Shown here one piece after another: positions 26,451 to 41,400 of a stretch of DNA of 64,000 nt. Under the pieces are notes generated by a model. It saw only the letters and a list, made by a program, of their open reading frames with translations, did not search any database and was not told the origin of the DNA. The stretch is from contig OZ024743.1 of the NCBI GenBank assembly GCA_964016885.1, positions 206,088,001 through 206,152,000 on the forward strand, written 5' to 3'. Origin of the DNA: Eledone cirrhosa. Taxonomy: Eukaryota. Position numbers and translations under genes: made by a program. The stretch's first letter is position 1. Every line of letters begins with the position of its first letter.

Positions 26451-29400
26451 CCCCTTGGCTGGATGGAAATTATCTCCCCTTGGACGGCTGGAAATTATCT
26501 CCCCTTGGAAGGATGGAAATTATCTCCCCTTGGACGGCTGGAAATGATCTCCCCTTGCACGGCTGGAAATTATCTCCCCTTGGACGGCTAGAAATTACCT
26601 CTCCTTGGACGGCTGAAAATTATCTCCCCTTGGACGGCTGGAAATTATCTCCCCCTGATTTTTTTTACAAATTATCTCCCCTTGCACGGCTGGAAATTAT
26701 CTCCCTTGTCTGGAAATTATCTCCCCTTGGACGATTAGAAATTATCTCTCTTTGGACGGCTGGAAATTATCTCCCCTTGATTTTTTTTACAAATTATCTC
26801 CCCCTGATTTTTTTTACAAATCTCCCAGTGATTTTTAAAAAAAAATTATCTCCCCTTCGCTGGCTGGAAATTACCTCCCCTTGGAGGCTGGAAATTATAG
26901 CCCCTTGGAGGGCTGGAAATTATCTTCCCTTGGACGGCTGGAAATTATCTCCCCTTGATTTTTTTTACATATTATCACCCCTGATTTTTTTTTACAAATT
27001 ATCTCCCCCTGATTTTTTTACAAATTATCTCCCCCTGATTTTTTTACAAATTATCTCCCCTTGGCTGGGTGGAAATTATCTCCCCTTGGAGGCTGGAATT
27101 TATCTCCCCTTGGACGGCTGGAAATTATCTCCCCTTGGACGGCTAGAAATTATCTCCCCTTGAACGGCTGGAAATTATCTCCCCTTGGACGGCTGGAAAT
27201 TATCTCCCCTTGGAAGGATGGAAATTATCTCCCCTTGGACGGCTGGAAATTATCTCCCCTTGCACGGCTGGAAATTATCTTCCCTTGGACGGCTAGAAAT
27301 TACCTCTCCTTGGACGGCTGAAAATTATCTCCCCTTGGACGGCTGGAAATTATCTCCCCCTGATTTTTTTTACAAATTATCTGCCCCTGATTTTTTTTTT
27401 ACAAATTATCTCCGCGTGATTTTTTTTAAAAATTATCTCCCCTTGGACGGCTGGAAATTATCTCCCCTTGATTTTTTTACAAATTATTTCCCCCTGATTT
27501 TCTTTTTTACAAATTATCTCCGCCTGATTTTTTTTTAAAATTATCTCCCCTTGGACGGCTGGAAATTATCTCCCCTTGGACGGCTGGAAATTATCTCCCC
27601 TTGGACGGCTGGAAATTATCTCCCCTTGATTTTTTTTCCAAATTATCTCCCCCTGATTTTTTTTTACAAATTATCTACCCCTGATTTTTTTTTACAAATT
27701 ATCTCCCCCTGATTTTTTTTACAAATTATCTCCCCCTGAATTTTTTTTTACATATTATCTCCCCCCGATTTTTTTACAAATTATCTCCCCCTGATTTTTT
27801 TTACAAATTATCTCCGCCTGATTTTTTAAAGTATTATCTTCCCTTGGCTGGCGGGAAATTATCTCCCCTTGGACGGCTGGAAATTATCTCCCCTTGGAAG
27901 GATGGAAATTATCTCCCCTTGGACGGCTGGAAATTATCTCCCCTTGCACTGCTGGAAATTATCTCCCCTTGGACGGCTGGAAATTATCTGCCCTTGATTT
28001 TGTTTTTACAAATTATCTTCCCCTGATTTTTTTTACAAATTATCTCCACCTGATTTTTTAAAAAATTATCTCCCCTTGGACGGCTGGAAATTATCTCCCC
28101 TTGGCTGGAAATTATCTCCCTTTGGCTGGCTGGAAATTATCTCCCCCTGATATTTTTTTACAAATTAGCTCCCCCTGAATTTTTTTTACAAATTATCTCC
28201 CCCTGATTTTTTTCACAAATTATCTCCCCCTGATTTTTTTTACAAATTATCTCCTCTGATTTAAAAAAAAAAATTATCTCCCCTTGGACGGCTGGAAATT
28301 ATCTCCCCTTGGACGGCTGGAAATTATCGCCCCCTGATTTGTTTTAACAAATTATCTCCACCTGATTTTTTTACAAATCATCTCCGCCTGATTTTTTAAA
28401 AAAATTATCTCCCTTGGCTTGCTGGAAATTATCTCCCCTTGGACGGCTATAAATTATCTCTCCTTCGACGGCTGGAAATTATCTCCACTTGATTTTTTTA
28501 CAAATTATCTCCCCGTGATTTTTTTTTACCAATCTACCCCTGATTTAAAAAAAAAATTATCTCCCCTTCGCTGGCTGGAAATTATCTCCCCTTGGACGGC
28601 TGGAAATTATCTCCCCTTGATTTTTTTTACAAATTATCTCCCCCTGATTTTTTTTTACAAATTATCTCCCCCTGATTTTTTTTTTACAAATTATCTCCGC
28701 CTGATTTTTTAAAAATTATCTCTCCTTTGCTGGATGGAAATCATCTCCCCCTGATTTTTTTTACAAATTATCTCCCCTTGCACGGCTGGAAATTATCTCC
28801 CCTTGGACGGCTGGAAATTATCTCCCGTTGGCTGCAAATTATCTCCCCTTGGACGGCTAGAAATTACCTCTCTTTGGACGGCTGGAAATTATCTCCCCTT
28901 GATTTTTTTTACAAATTATCTCCCCCTGATTTTTTTTACAAATCTCCCAGTGATTTTTTAAAAAAAATTATCTCCCCTTCGCTGGCTGGAAATTATCTCC
29001 CCTTGGACGCTGGAAATTATAGCCCCTTGGAGGGCTGGAAATTATCTTCCCTTGGACGGCTGGAAATTATCTCCCCTTGGACGGATGGAAATTATCTCCC
29101 CTAGGACGGCTAGAAATTACCTCTCCTTGGACGGCTGAAAATTATCTCCCCTTGGACGGCTGGAAATTATCTCCCTTTGATTTTTTTTAAAAATTATCTC
29201 CCTCTGATTTTTTTTTACAAATTATCTCCCCCTGATTTTTTTTTACAAATTATCTCCCCCTGATTTTTTTTTACAAATTATCTCCCCCTGATTTTTTTAC
29301 AAATCATCTCCCCTTGGCTGGCTGGCAATTATCTCCCCTTGGAGGCTGAAATTTATCTCCCCTTGGACGGCTGGAAATTATCTCCCCTTGGACGGCTAGA

Positions 29401-32400
29401 AATTACCTCTCCTTGTACGGCTGGAAATTATCTCCCCTTGAACGGCTGGAAATTATCTCTCCTTGGACGGCTGGAAATTATCTCCCCTTGGACGGCTGGA
29501 AATTACCTCTCCTTGGACGGCTGGAAATTATCTCCCCTTGGACGGCTGGAAATTATCTCCCCTTGGACGGCTGGAAATTATTTCCCCTTGATTTTTTTTA
29601 CAAATTATCTCCCCCTGATTTTTTTTACAAATTATCTCCGCCTGATTTTTTAAAATATTATCTTCCCTTGGCTGGCGGGAAATTATCTCCCCTTGGACGC
29701 CTGGAAATTATCTCCCCTTGGAAGGATGGAAATTATCTCCCCTTGGACGGCTGGAAATTATCTCCCCTTGCACTGCTGGAAATTATCTCCCCTTGGACGG
29801 CTGGAAATTATCTGCCCTTGATTTTGTTTTTACAAATTATCTTCCCCTGATTTTTTTTACAAATTATCTCCACCTGATTTTTAAAAAAATTATCTCCCCT
29901 TGGCTGGAAATTATCTCCCCTTGGACGATTAGAAATTATCTCTCTTTGGACGGCTGGAAATTATCTCCCCTTGATTTTTTTTACAAATTATCTCCCCCTG
30001 ATTTTTTTTACAAATCTCCCAGTGATTTTTTTTTAAAAATTATCTCCCCTTCGCTGGCTGGAAATTATCTCCCCTTGGACGCTGGAAATTATAGCCCCTT
30101 GGAGGGCTGGAAGTTATCTTCCCTTGGAGGGCTGGAAATTATCTTCCCTTGGACGGCTGGAAATTATCTCCCCTTGATTTTTTTTACAAATTATCTCCCC
30201 CTGATTTTTTTTTACAAATTATCTCCCCCTGATTTTTTTTTACAAATTATCTCCTGATTTTTTTTACAAATTATCTCCCCTTGGCTGGCTGGAAATTATC
30301 TCCCCTTGGTGGCTGGAATTTATCTCCCCTTGGACGGCTAGAAATTACCTCTCCTTGGACGGCTGAAAATTATCTCCCCTTGATTTTTTTTACGAATTAT
30401 CTCCCCCTGATTTTTTTTTTTACAAATTATCTCCCCCTGATTTTATTTTACATATTATCTACCCCTGATTTTTATTTACAAATTATCTCCCCCTGATTTT
30501 TTTTACAAATTATCTCCCCCTCATTTTTTTTTTACAAATTATCAGCCCCTGATTTTTTTACAAATTATCTCCCCCTGATTTATTTTACAAATTATCTCCG
30601 CCTGATTTTTTTAAATATTATCTTCCCTTGGCTGGCGGGAAATTATCTCCCCTTGGACGGCTGGAAACTATCTCCCCTTGGACAGCTGGAAATTATCTGC
30701 CCTTGATTTTGTTTTTACAAATTATCTCCCCCTGATTTTTTTTACAAATTATCTCCACCTGATTTTTTAAAAAATTATCTCCTCTTGGACGGCTGGAAAT
30801 TATCTCCCGTTGGCTGCAAATTATCTCCCCTTGGACGGCTAGAAATTACCTCTCTTTGGACGGCTGGAAATTATCTCCCCTTGATTTTTTTTACAAATTA
30901 TCTCCCCCTGATTTTTTTTACAAATCTCCCAGTGATTTTTTAAAAAAAATTATCTCCCCTTCGCTGGCTGGAAATTATCTCCCCTTGGACGCTGGAAATT
31001 ATAGCCCCTTGGAGGGCTGGAAATTATCTTCTCTTGGACGGCTGGAAATTATCTCCCCTTGATTTTTTTTACATATTATCTCCCCCTGATTTTTTTTTAC
31101 AAATTATCTCCCCGATTTTTTTCTACAAATTATCTCCCCCTGATTTTTTTTTTACAAATTATCTCCGCCTGATTTTTTAAAAAAAATTATCTCCCCTTGG
31201 ACGGCTGGAAATTATCTCCCCTTGGACGGCTGGAAATTATCTCCCCTAGGACGGCTAGAAATTACCTCTCCTTGGACGGCTGAAAATTATCTCCCCTTGG
31301 ACGGCTGGAAATTATCTCCCCTTGATTTTTTTACAAATTATCTCCCTCTGATTTTTTTTTACAAATTATCTCCCCCTGATTTTTTTTTACAAATTATCTC
31401 CCCCTGATTTTTTTTTACAAATTATCTCCCCCTGATTTTTTTACAAATTATCTCCCCTTGGCTGGCTGGCAATTATCTCCCCTTGGAGGCTGGAATTTAT
31501 CTCCCCTTGGACGGCTGGAAATTATCTCCCCTTGGACGGCTAGAAATTACCTCTCCTTGTACGGCTGGAAATTATCTCCCCTTGAACGGCTGGAAATTAT
31601 CTCCCCTTGGACGGCTGGAAATTATCTCCCCTTGGACGGCTGGAAATTACCTCTCCTTGGACGGCTGGAAATTATCTCCCCTTGGACGGCTGGAAATTAT
31701 CTCCCCTTGGACGGCTGGAAATTATTTCCCCTTGATTTTTTTTACAAATTATCTCCCCCTGATTTTTTTTTACAAATCTCCCCCTAATTTAAAAAAAAAT
31801 TATCTCCCCTTCGCTGGCTGGAAATTATCTCCCTTTGGACGGCTTGAAATTATAGCTGCTTGTAGGGCTGGAAATTATCTCCCCTTGGACGGCTGGAAAT
31901 TACCTCTCCTTCGACGGCTGAAAATTATCTCCCCTTGGACGGCTGGAAATTATCTCGCCTTGGACGGCTGGAAATTATCTCCCCTTGATTTTGTATACAA
32001 ATTATCTCCCCCTGATTTTTTTTTACAAATTATCTGCCCCTGATTATTTTTTTACAAATTAGCGCCGCCTGATTTTTTTTTTAAATTATCTTCCCTTGGA
32101 CGGCTGGAAATTATCTCCCCTTGGACGGCTGGAAATTATCTCCCCTTGAACGGCTAGAAATTACCTCTCCTTGGACGGCTGAAAATTATCTCCCCTTGGA
32201 CGGCTGGAAATTATCTCCCCTTGATTTTTTTACAAATTATCTCCCCCTGATTTTTTTTTTACAAATTATCTCCACCTGATTTTTTTAAAAAATTATCTCC
32301 CCTTGGACGGCTGGAAATTATCTCCCCTTGGACGGCTGGAAATTATCTCCCCTTGATTTTTTTTCCAAATTATCTCCCCCTGATTTTTTTTTTACAAATT

Positions 32401-35400
32401 ATCTACCCCTGATTTTTTTTCTAAATTATCTCCCCCTGATTTTTTTTACAAATTATCTCCCCCTGATTTTTTTTTACAAATTATCTCCCCCCGATTTTTT
32501 TACAAATTATCTCCCCCTGATTTTTTTTACAAATTATCTCCGCCTGATTTTTTTAAATATTATCTTCCCTTGGCTGGCGGGAAATTATCTCCCCTTGGAC
32601 GGCTGGAAATTATCTCCCCTTGGAAGGATGGAAATTATCTCCCCTTGGACGGCTGGAAATTATCTCCCCTTGCACTGCTGGAAATTATCTCCCCTTGGAC
32701 GGCTGGAAATTATCTGCCCTTGATTTTGTTTTTACAAATAATCTTCCCCTGATTTTTTTACAAATTATCTCCACCTGATTTTTTAAAAAATTATCTCCCC
32801 TTGGACGGCTGGAAATTATCTCCCCTTGGCTGGAAATTATCTCCCCTTGGACGGCTAGAAATTATCTCTCTTTGGACGGCTGGAAATTATCTCCCCTTGG
32901 ACGCTGGAAATTATAGCCCCTTGGAGGGCTGGAAGTTATCTTCCCTTGGAGGGCTGGAAATTATCTTCCCTTGGACGGCTAGAAATTACCTCTCCTTGGA
33001 CGGCTGAAAATTATCTCCCCTTGGACGGCTGGAAATTATCTCCCCTTGATTTTTTTTACAAATTATCTCCCCCTGATTATTTTTTACAAATTATCTCCCC
33101 CTGATTTTTTTTTTACAAATTATCTCCCCTTGGACGGCTGGAAATTATCTCCCCTTGGACGGCTGGAAATTATCTCCCCTTGGACGGCTAGACATTACCT
33201 CTCCTTGGACGGCTGAAAATTATCTCTCCTTGGACGGCTGGAAATTATCTCCCCTTTATGTCTTCTACAAATTATCTACCCCTGATTTTTTTTTACAAAT
33301 TATCTCTCCCTGATTTTTTTACAAATATCTCCCCTTGGTTGGCTGGAAATTATCTCCCCTTGGCTGGCTGGAAATTATCTCCCCTTGGACGGCTGGAAAT
33401 TATCTCCCCTTGGACGCCTAGAAATTACCTCTCCTTGGACAGCTGTAAATTATCTCCCCTTGGACGGCTGGAAATTATCTCGCCTTGGACGGCTGGAAAT
33501 TATCTCCCCTTGATTTTGTATACAAATTATCTCCCCCTGATTTTTTTTTACAAATTATCTGCCCCTGATTATTTTTTTACAAATTAGCTGCGCCTGATTT
33601 TTTTTAAAAATTATCTCCCCTTGGACGGCTGGAAATTATCTCCCCTTGGACGGCTGGAAATTATCTCCCCTTGAACGGCTAGAAATTACCTCTCCTTGGA
33701 CGGCTGAAAATTATCTCTCCTTGGACGGCTGGAAATTATCTCCCCTTGATTTTTTTACAAATTATCTCCCCCTGATTTTTTTTTACAAATTATCTACCCC
33801 TGATTTTTTTTTCCAAATTATCTCCCCCTGATTTTTTTTTTACAAATTATCTCCCCCTGATTTTTTTTTACAAATTATCTCCCCCTGATTTTTTTACAAA
33901 TTATCTCCCCTTGGCTGGCTGGAAATTATCTCCCCTTGGAGGCTGGAATTTATCTCCCCTTGGACGGCTGGAAATTATCTCCCCTTGGACGGCTAGAAAT
34001 TACCTCTCCTTGGACGGCTGGAAATTATCTGCCCTTGAACGGCTGGAAATTATCTCCCCTTGGACGGCTGGAAATTATCTCCCCTTGGACGGCTGGAAAT
34101 TACCTCTCCTTGGACGGCTGGAAATTATCTCCCCTTGGACGGATGGAAATTATCTCCCCTTGGACGGCTGGAAATTATTTCCCCTTGATTTTTTTTACAA
34201 ATTATCTCCCCCTGATTTTTTTTACAAATATCCCCCTAATTTAAAAAAAAATTATCTCCCCTTCGCTGGCTGGAAATTATCTCCCTTTGGACGGCTGGAA
34301 ATTATAGCTGCTTGTAGGGCTGGAAATTATCTCCCCTTGGACGGCTGGAAATTATCTCCCCTTCATTTTTTTACTAATTATCTCCCCCTGATTTTTTTTT
34401 ACAAATTATCTCCGCCTGATTTTTTTAAAAAAATTATCTCCCCTTGGCTGGATTGAAATTTTCTCCCCTTGGACGGCTGGAAATTATCTCCCCTTTATGT
34501 CTTCTACAAATTATCTACCCCTGATTTTTTTTTTACAAATTATCTCTCCCTGATTTTTTTTACAAATATCTCCCCTTGGCTGGCTGGAAATTATCTCCCC
34601 TTGGACGGCTGGAAATTATCTCCCCTTGGACGCCTAGAAATTACCTCTCCTTGGACAGCTGTAAATTATCTCCCCTTGGACGGCTGGAAATTATCTCGCC
34701 TTGGACGGCTGGAAATTATCTCCCCTTGATTTTGTATACAAATTATCTCCCCCTGATTTTTTTTACAAATTATCTGCCCCTGATTATTTATTTTACAAAT
34801 TAGCTCCGCCTGATTTTTTTTTAAAATTATCTCCCCTTGGACGGCTGGAAATTATCTCCCCTTGGACGGCTGGAAATTATCTCCCCTTGGACGGCTGGAA
34901 ATTATCTCCCCTTGATTTTTTTACAAATTATCTCCCCCTGATTTTTTTTTTACAAATTATCTCCCCCTGATTTTTTTTACAAATTATCTCCGCCTGATTT
35001 TTTTAAATATGATCTTCCCTTGGCTGGCGGAAAATCATCTCCCCTTGGACGCCTGGAAATTATCTCCCCTTGGAAGGATGGAAATTATCTCCCCTTGGAC
35101 GGCTGGAAATTATCTCCCCTTGCACTGCTGGAAATTATCTCCCCTTGGACGGCTGGAAATTATCTGCCCTTGATTTTGATTTTACAAATTATCTTCCCCT
35201 GATTTTTTTTACAAATTATTTCCACCTGATTTTTTAAAAAATTATCTCCCCTTGGACGGCTGGAAATTATCTCCCCTTGGCTGGAAATTATCTCCCCTTG
35301 GACGATTAGAAATTATCTCTCTTAGGACGGCTGGAAATTATCTCCCCTTGATTTTTTTTACAAATTATCTCCCCCTGATTTTTTTTACAAATCTCCCAGT

Positions 35401-38400
35401 GATTTTTTAAAAAAAATTATCTCCCCTTCGCTGGCTGGAAATTATCTCCCCTTGGACGCTGGAAATTATAGCCCCTTGGAGGGCTGGAAGTTATCTTCCC
35501 TTGGAGGGCTGGAAATTATCTTCCCTTGGACGGCTGGAAATTATCTCCCCTTGATTTTTTTTACAAATTATCTCCCCCTGATTTTTTTTTACAAATTATC
35601 TCCCCCTGATTTTTTTTTTACCAATTATCTCCACCTGATTTTTTTAAAAATTATTTCCCCTTGGACGGCTGGAAATTATCTCCCCTTGGACGGCTGGAAA
35701 TTATCTCCCCTTGGACGGCTAGAAATTACCTCTCCTTGGACGGCTGAAAATTATCTCCCCTTGGACGGCTGGAAATTATCTCCCCTTGATTTTTTTTACA
35801 AATTATCTCCCCCTGATTTTTTTTTACAAATTATCTCCCCCTGATTTTTTTTTACAAATTATCTCCCCCTGATTTTTTTTTACAAATTATCTCCTGATTT
35901 TTTTTACAAATTATCTCCCCTTGGCTGGCTGGAAATTATCTCCCCTTGGAGGCTGGAAATTATCTCCCCTTGGACGGCTAGAAATTACCTCTCCTTGGAC
36001 GGCTGGAAATTATCTGCCCTTGGACGGCTGGAAATTATCTCTCCTTGGACGGCTGGAAATTATCTGCCCTTGGACGGCTGGAAATTATCTCCCCTTGGAC
36101 GGCTGGAAATTATTTCCCCTTGATTTTTTTTACAAATTATCTCCCCCTGATTTTTTTTTACAAATCTCCCCCTAATTTTAAAAAAAATTATCTCCCCTTC
36201 GCTGGCTGGAAATTATCTTCCTTTGGACGGTTGGAAATTATAGCCGCTTGTAGGGCTGGAAATTATCTCCCCTTGGACGGCTGGGAATTATCTTCCCTTG
36301 ATTTTTTTACTAATTATCTCACCCTGATTTTTTTTTACAAATTATCTCCGCCTCATTTTTTAAAAAAAATTATCTCCCCTTGGCTGGATGGAAATTATCT
36401 CCCCTTGGACGGCTGGAAATTATCTCCCATTGATTTCTTCTACAAATTATCTACCCCTGATTTTTTTTTTACAAATTATCTCTCCCTGATTTTTTTTTAC
36501 AAATATCTCCCCTTGGCTGGCTGGAAATTATCTCCCGTTGGCTGGCTGGAAATTATCTCCCCTTGGACGGCTGGAAATTATCTCCCATTGATTTTTTTTA
36601 CAAATTATCTCCCCTTGGCTGGCTGGAAATTATCTCCCCTTGGCTGGCTGGAAATTATCTCCCCCTGATATTTTTTTACAAATTAGCTCCCCCTGATTTT
36701 TTTTTATAAATTATCTCCCCCTGATTTTTTTTTTTACAAATTATCTCCGCCTGATTTTTTTAAAATTATCTCCCCTTGGCTGGATGGAAATTATCTCCCC
36801 TTGGACGGCTGGAAATTATCTCCCCTTGGAAGGATGGAAATTATCTCCCCTTGGACGGCTGGAAATTATCTCCCCTTGCACGACTGGAAATTATCTCCCC
36901 TTGGACGGCTAGAAATTACCTCTCCTTGGACGGCTTAAAATTATCTCCCATTGGACGGCTGGAAATTATCTCCCCCTGATTTTTTTTACAAATTATCTCC
37001 CCTTGCACGGCTGGAAATTATCTCCCCTTGGACGGCTGGAAATTATCTGCCCTTGATTTTGTTTTTACAAATTATCTCCCCCTGATTTTTTTTACAAATT
37101 ATCTCCACCTGATATTTAAAAAAATTATCTCCCCTTGGACGGCTGGAAATTATCTCCCCTTGGCTGGAAATTATCTCCCCTTGGACGATTAGAAATTATC
37201 TCTCTTTGGACGGCTGGAAATTATCTCCCCTTTATTTTTTTTACAAATTATCTCCCCCTGATTTTTTTTACAAATCTCCCAGTGATTTAAAAAAAAAATT
37301 ATCTCCCCTTCGCTGGCTGGAAATTACCTCCCCTTGGACGCTGGAAATTATAGCCCCTTGGAGGGCTGGAAATTATCTTCCCTTGGACGGCTGGAAATTA
37401 TCTCCCCTTGATTTTTTTTACATATTATCACCCCTGATTTTTTTTTACAAATTATCTCCCCCTGATTTTTTTTACAAATTATCTCCCCCTGATTTTTTTA
37501 CAAATTATCTCCCCTTGGCTGGGTGGAAATTATCTCCCCTTGGAGGCTGGAATTTATCTCCCCTTGGACGGCTGGAAATTATCTCCCCTTGGACGGCTAG
37601 AAATTATCTCCCCTTGAACGGCTGGAAATTATCTCCCCTTGGACGGCTGGAAATTATCTCCCCTTGGAAGGATGGAAATTATCTCCCCTTGGACGGCTGG
37701 AAATTATCTCCCCTTGCACGGCTGGAAATTATCTTCCCTTGGACGGCTAGAAATTACCTCTCCTTGGACGGCTGAAAATTATCTCCCCTTGGACGGCTGG
37801 AAATTATCTCCCCCTGATTTTTTTTACAAATTATCTCCCCTTGCACGGCTGGAAATTATCTCGCCTTGGACGGCTGGAAATTATCTCCCCTTGATTTTGT
37901 ATACAAATTATCTCCCCCTGATTTTTTTTTACAAATTATCTGCCCCTGATTATTTTTTTACAAATTAGCTCCGCCTGATTTTTTTTTAAAATTATCTCCC
38001 CTTGGACGGCTGGAAATTATCTCCCCTTGGACGGCTGGAAATTATCTCCCCTTGAACGGCTAGAAATTACCTCTCCTTGGACGGCTGAAAATTATCTCCC
38101 CTTGGACGGCTGGAAATTATCTCCCCTTGATTTTTTTACAAATTATCTCCCCCTGATTTTTTTTTTACAAATTATCTACGCCTGATTTTTTTTAAAAATT
38201 ATCTCCCCTTGGACGGCTGGAAATTATCTCCCCTTGGACGGCTGGAAATTATCTCCCCTTGATTTTTTTTTCCAAATTATCTCCCCCTGATTTTTTTTTT
38301 ACAAATTATCTACCCCTGATTTTTTTTTCAAATTATCTCCCCCTGATTTTTTTTACAAATTATCTCCCCCTGATTTTTTTTTACAAATTATCTCCCCCTG

Positions 38401-41400
38401 ATTTTTTTTACAAATTATCTCCGCCTGATTTTTTTAAATATTATCTTCCCTTGGCTGGCGTGAAATTATCTCCCCTTGGACGGCTGGAAATTATCTCCCC
38501 TTGGAAGGATGGAAATTATCTCCCCTTGGACGGCTGGAAATTATCTCCCCTTGCACTGCTGGAAATTATCTCCCCTTGGACGGCTGGAAATTATCTGCCC
38601 TTGATTTTGTTTTTACAAATTATCTCCACCTGATTTTTTAAAAAATTATCTCCCCTTGGACGGCTGGAAATTATCTCCCCTTGGCTGGAAATTATCTCCC
38701 CTTGGACGGCTAGAAATTATCTCTCTTTGGACGGCTGGAAATTATCTCCCCTTGGACGCTGGAAATTATAGCCCCTTGGAGGGCTGGAAGTTATCTTCCC
38801 TTGGAGGGCTGGAAATTATCTTCCCTTGGACGGCTAGAAATTACCTCTCCTTGGACGGCTGAAAATTATCTCCCCTTGGACGGCTGGAAATTATCTCCCC
38901 TTGATTTTTTTTACAAATTATCTCCCCCTGATTATTTTTTACAAATTATCTCCCCCTGATTTTTTTTTTACAAATTATCTCCCCTTGGACGGCTGGAAAT
39001 TATCTCCCCTTGGACGGCTGGAAATTATCTCCCCTTGGACGGCTAGAAATTACCTCTCCTTGGACGGCTGAAAATTATCTCTCCTTGGACGGCTGGAAAT
39101 TATCTCCCCTTTATGTCTTCTACAAATTATCTACCCCTGATTTTTTTTTACAAATTATCTCTGCCTGATTTTTTTTACAAATATCTCCCCTTGATTGGCT
39201 GGAAATTATCTCCCCTTGGCTGGCTGGAAATTATCTCCCCTTGGACGGCTGGAAATTATCTCCCCTTGGACGCCTAGAAATTACCTCTCCTTGGACAGCT
39301 GTAAATTATCTCCCCTTGGACGGCTGGAAATTATCTCGCCTTGGACGGCTGGAAATTATCTCCCCTTGATTTTGTATACAAATTATCTCCCCCTGATTTT
39401 TTTTTACAAATTATCTGCCCCTGATTATTTTTTTACAAATTAGCTCCGCCTGATTTTTTTTTAAAATTATCTCCCCTTGGACGGCTGGAAATTATCTCCC
39501 CTTGGACGGCTGGAAATTATCTCCCCTTGAACGGCTAGAAATTACCTCTCCTTGGACGGCTGAAAATTATCTCTCCTTGGACGGCTGGAAATTATCTCCC
39601 CTTGATTTTTTTACAAATTATCTCCCCCTGATTTTTTTTTACAAATTATCTACCCCTGATTTTTTTTTCCAAATTATCTCCCCCTGATTTTTTTTTTACA
39701 AATTATCTCCCCCTGATTTTTTTTTACAAATTATCTCCCCCTGATTTTTTTACAAATTATCTCCCCTTGGCTGGCTGGAAATTATCTCCCCTTGGAGGCT
39801 GGAATTTATCTCCCCTTGGACGGCTGGAAATTATCTCCCCTTGGACGGCTAGAAATTACCTCTCCTTGGACGGCTGGAAATTATCTCCCCTTGAACGGCT
39901 GGAAATTATCTCCCCTTGGACGGCTGGAAATTATCTCCCCTTGGACGGCTGGAAATTACCTCTCCTTGGACGGCTGGAAATTATCTCCCCTTGGACGGCT
40001 GGAAATTATCTCCCCTTGGACGGCTGGAAATTATTTCCCCTTGATTTTTTTTACAAATTATCTCCCCCTGATTTTTTTTACAAATATCCCCCTAATTTAA
40101 AAAAAAATTATCTCCCCTTCGCTGGCTGGAAATTATCTCCCTTTGGACGGCTGGAAATTATAGCTGCTTGTAGGGCTGGAAATTATCTCCCCTTGGACGG
40201 CTGGAAATTATCTCCCCTTCATTTTTTTACTAATTATCTCCCCCTGATTTTTTTTTACAAATTATCTCCGCCTGATTTTTTTTAAAAAATTATCTCCCGT
40301 TGTCTGGATGGAAATTTTCTCCCCTTGGACGGCTGGAAATTATCTCCCCTTTATGTCTTCTACAAATTATCTACCCCTGATTTTTTTTTTACAAATTATC
40401 TGTCCCTGATTTTTTTTACAAATATCTCCCCTTGGCTGGCTGGAAATTATCTCCCCTTGGACGGCAGGAAATTATCTCCCCTTGGACGCCTAGAAATTAC
40501 CTCTCCTTGGACAGCTGTAAATTATCTCCCCTTGGACGGCTGGAAATTATCTCGCCTTGGACGGCTGGAAATTATCTCCCCTTGATTTTGTATACAAATT
40601 ATCTCCCCCTGATTTTTTTTACAAATTATCTGCCCCTGATTATTTATTTTACAAATTAGCTCCGCCTGATTTTTTTTTAAAATTATCTCCCCTTGGACGG
40701 CTGGAAATTATCTCCCCTTGGACGGCTGGAAATTATCTCCCCTTGGACGGCTGGAAATTATCTCCCCTTGATTTTTTTACAAATTATCTCCCCCTGATTT
40801 TTTTTTTACAAATTATCTCCCCCTGATTTTTTTTACAAATTATCTCCCCCTGTTTTTTTTTACAAATTATTTCACCCTGATTTTTTTACAAATTATCTCC
40901 CCCTGATTTTTTTTACAAATTATCTCCGCCTGATTTTTTTAAATATGATCTTCCCTTGGCTGGCGGAAAATCATCTCCCCTTGGACGCCTGGAAATTATC
41001 TCCCCTTGGAAGGATGGAAATTATCTCCCCTTGGACGGCTGGAAATTATCTCCCCTTGCACTGCTGGAAATTATCTCCCCTTGGACGGCTGGAAATTATC
41101 TGCCCTTGATTTTGATTTTACAAATTATCTTCCCCTGATTTTTTTTACAAATTATTTCCACCTGATTTTTTAAAAAATTATCTCCCCTTGGACGGCTGGA
41201 AATTATCTCCCCTTGGCTGGAAATTATCTCCCCTTGGACGATTAGAAATTATCTCTCTTTGGACGGCTGGAAATTATCTCCCCTTGATTTTTTTTACAAA
41301 TTATCTCCCCCTGATTTTTTTTACAAATCTCCCAGTGATTTTTTTAAAAAGATTATCTCCCCTTCGCTGGCTGGAAATTATCTCCCCTTGGACGCTGGAA

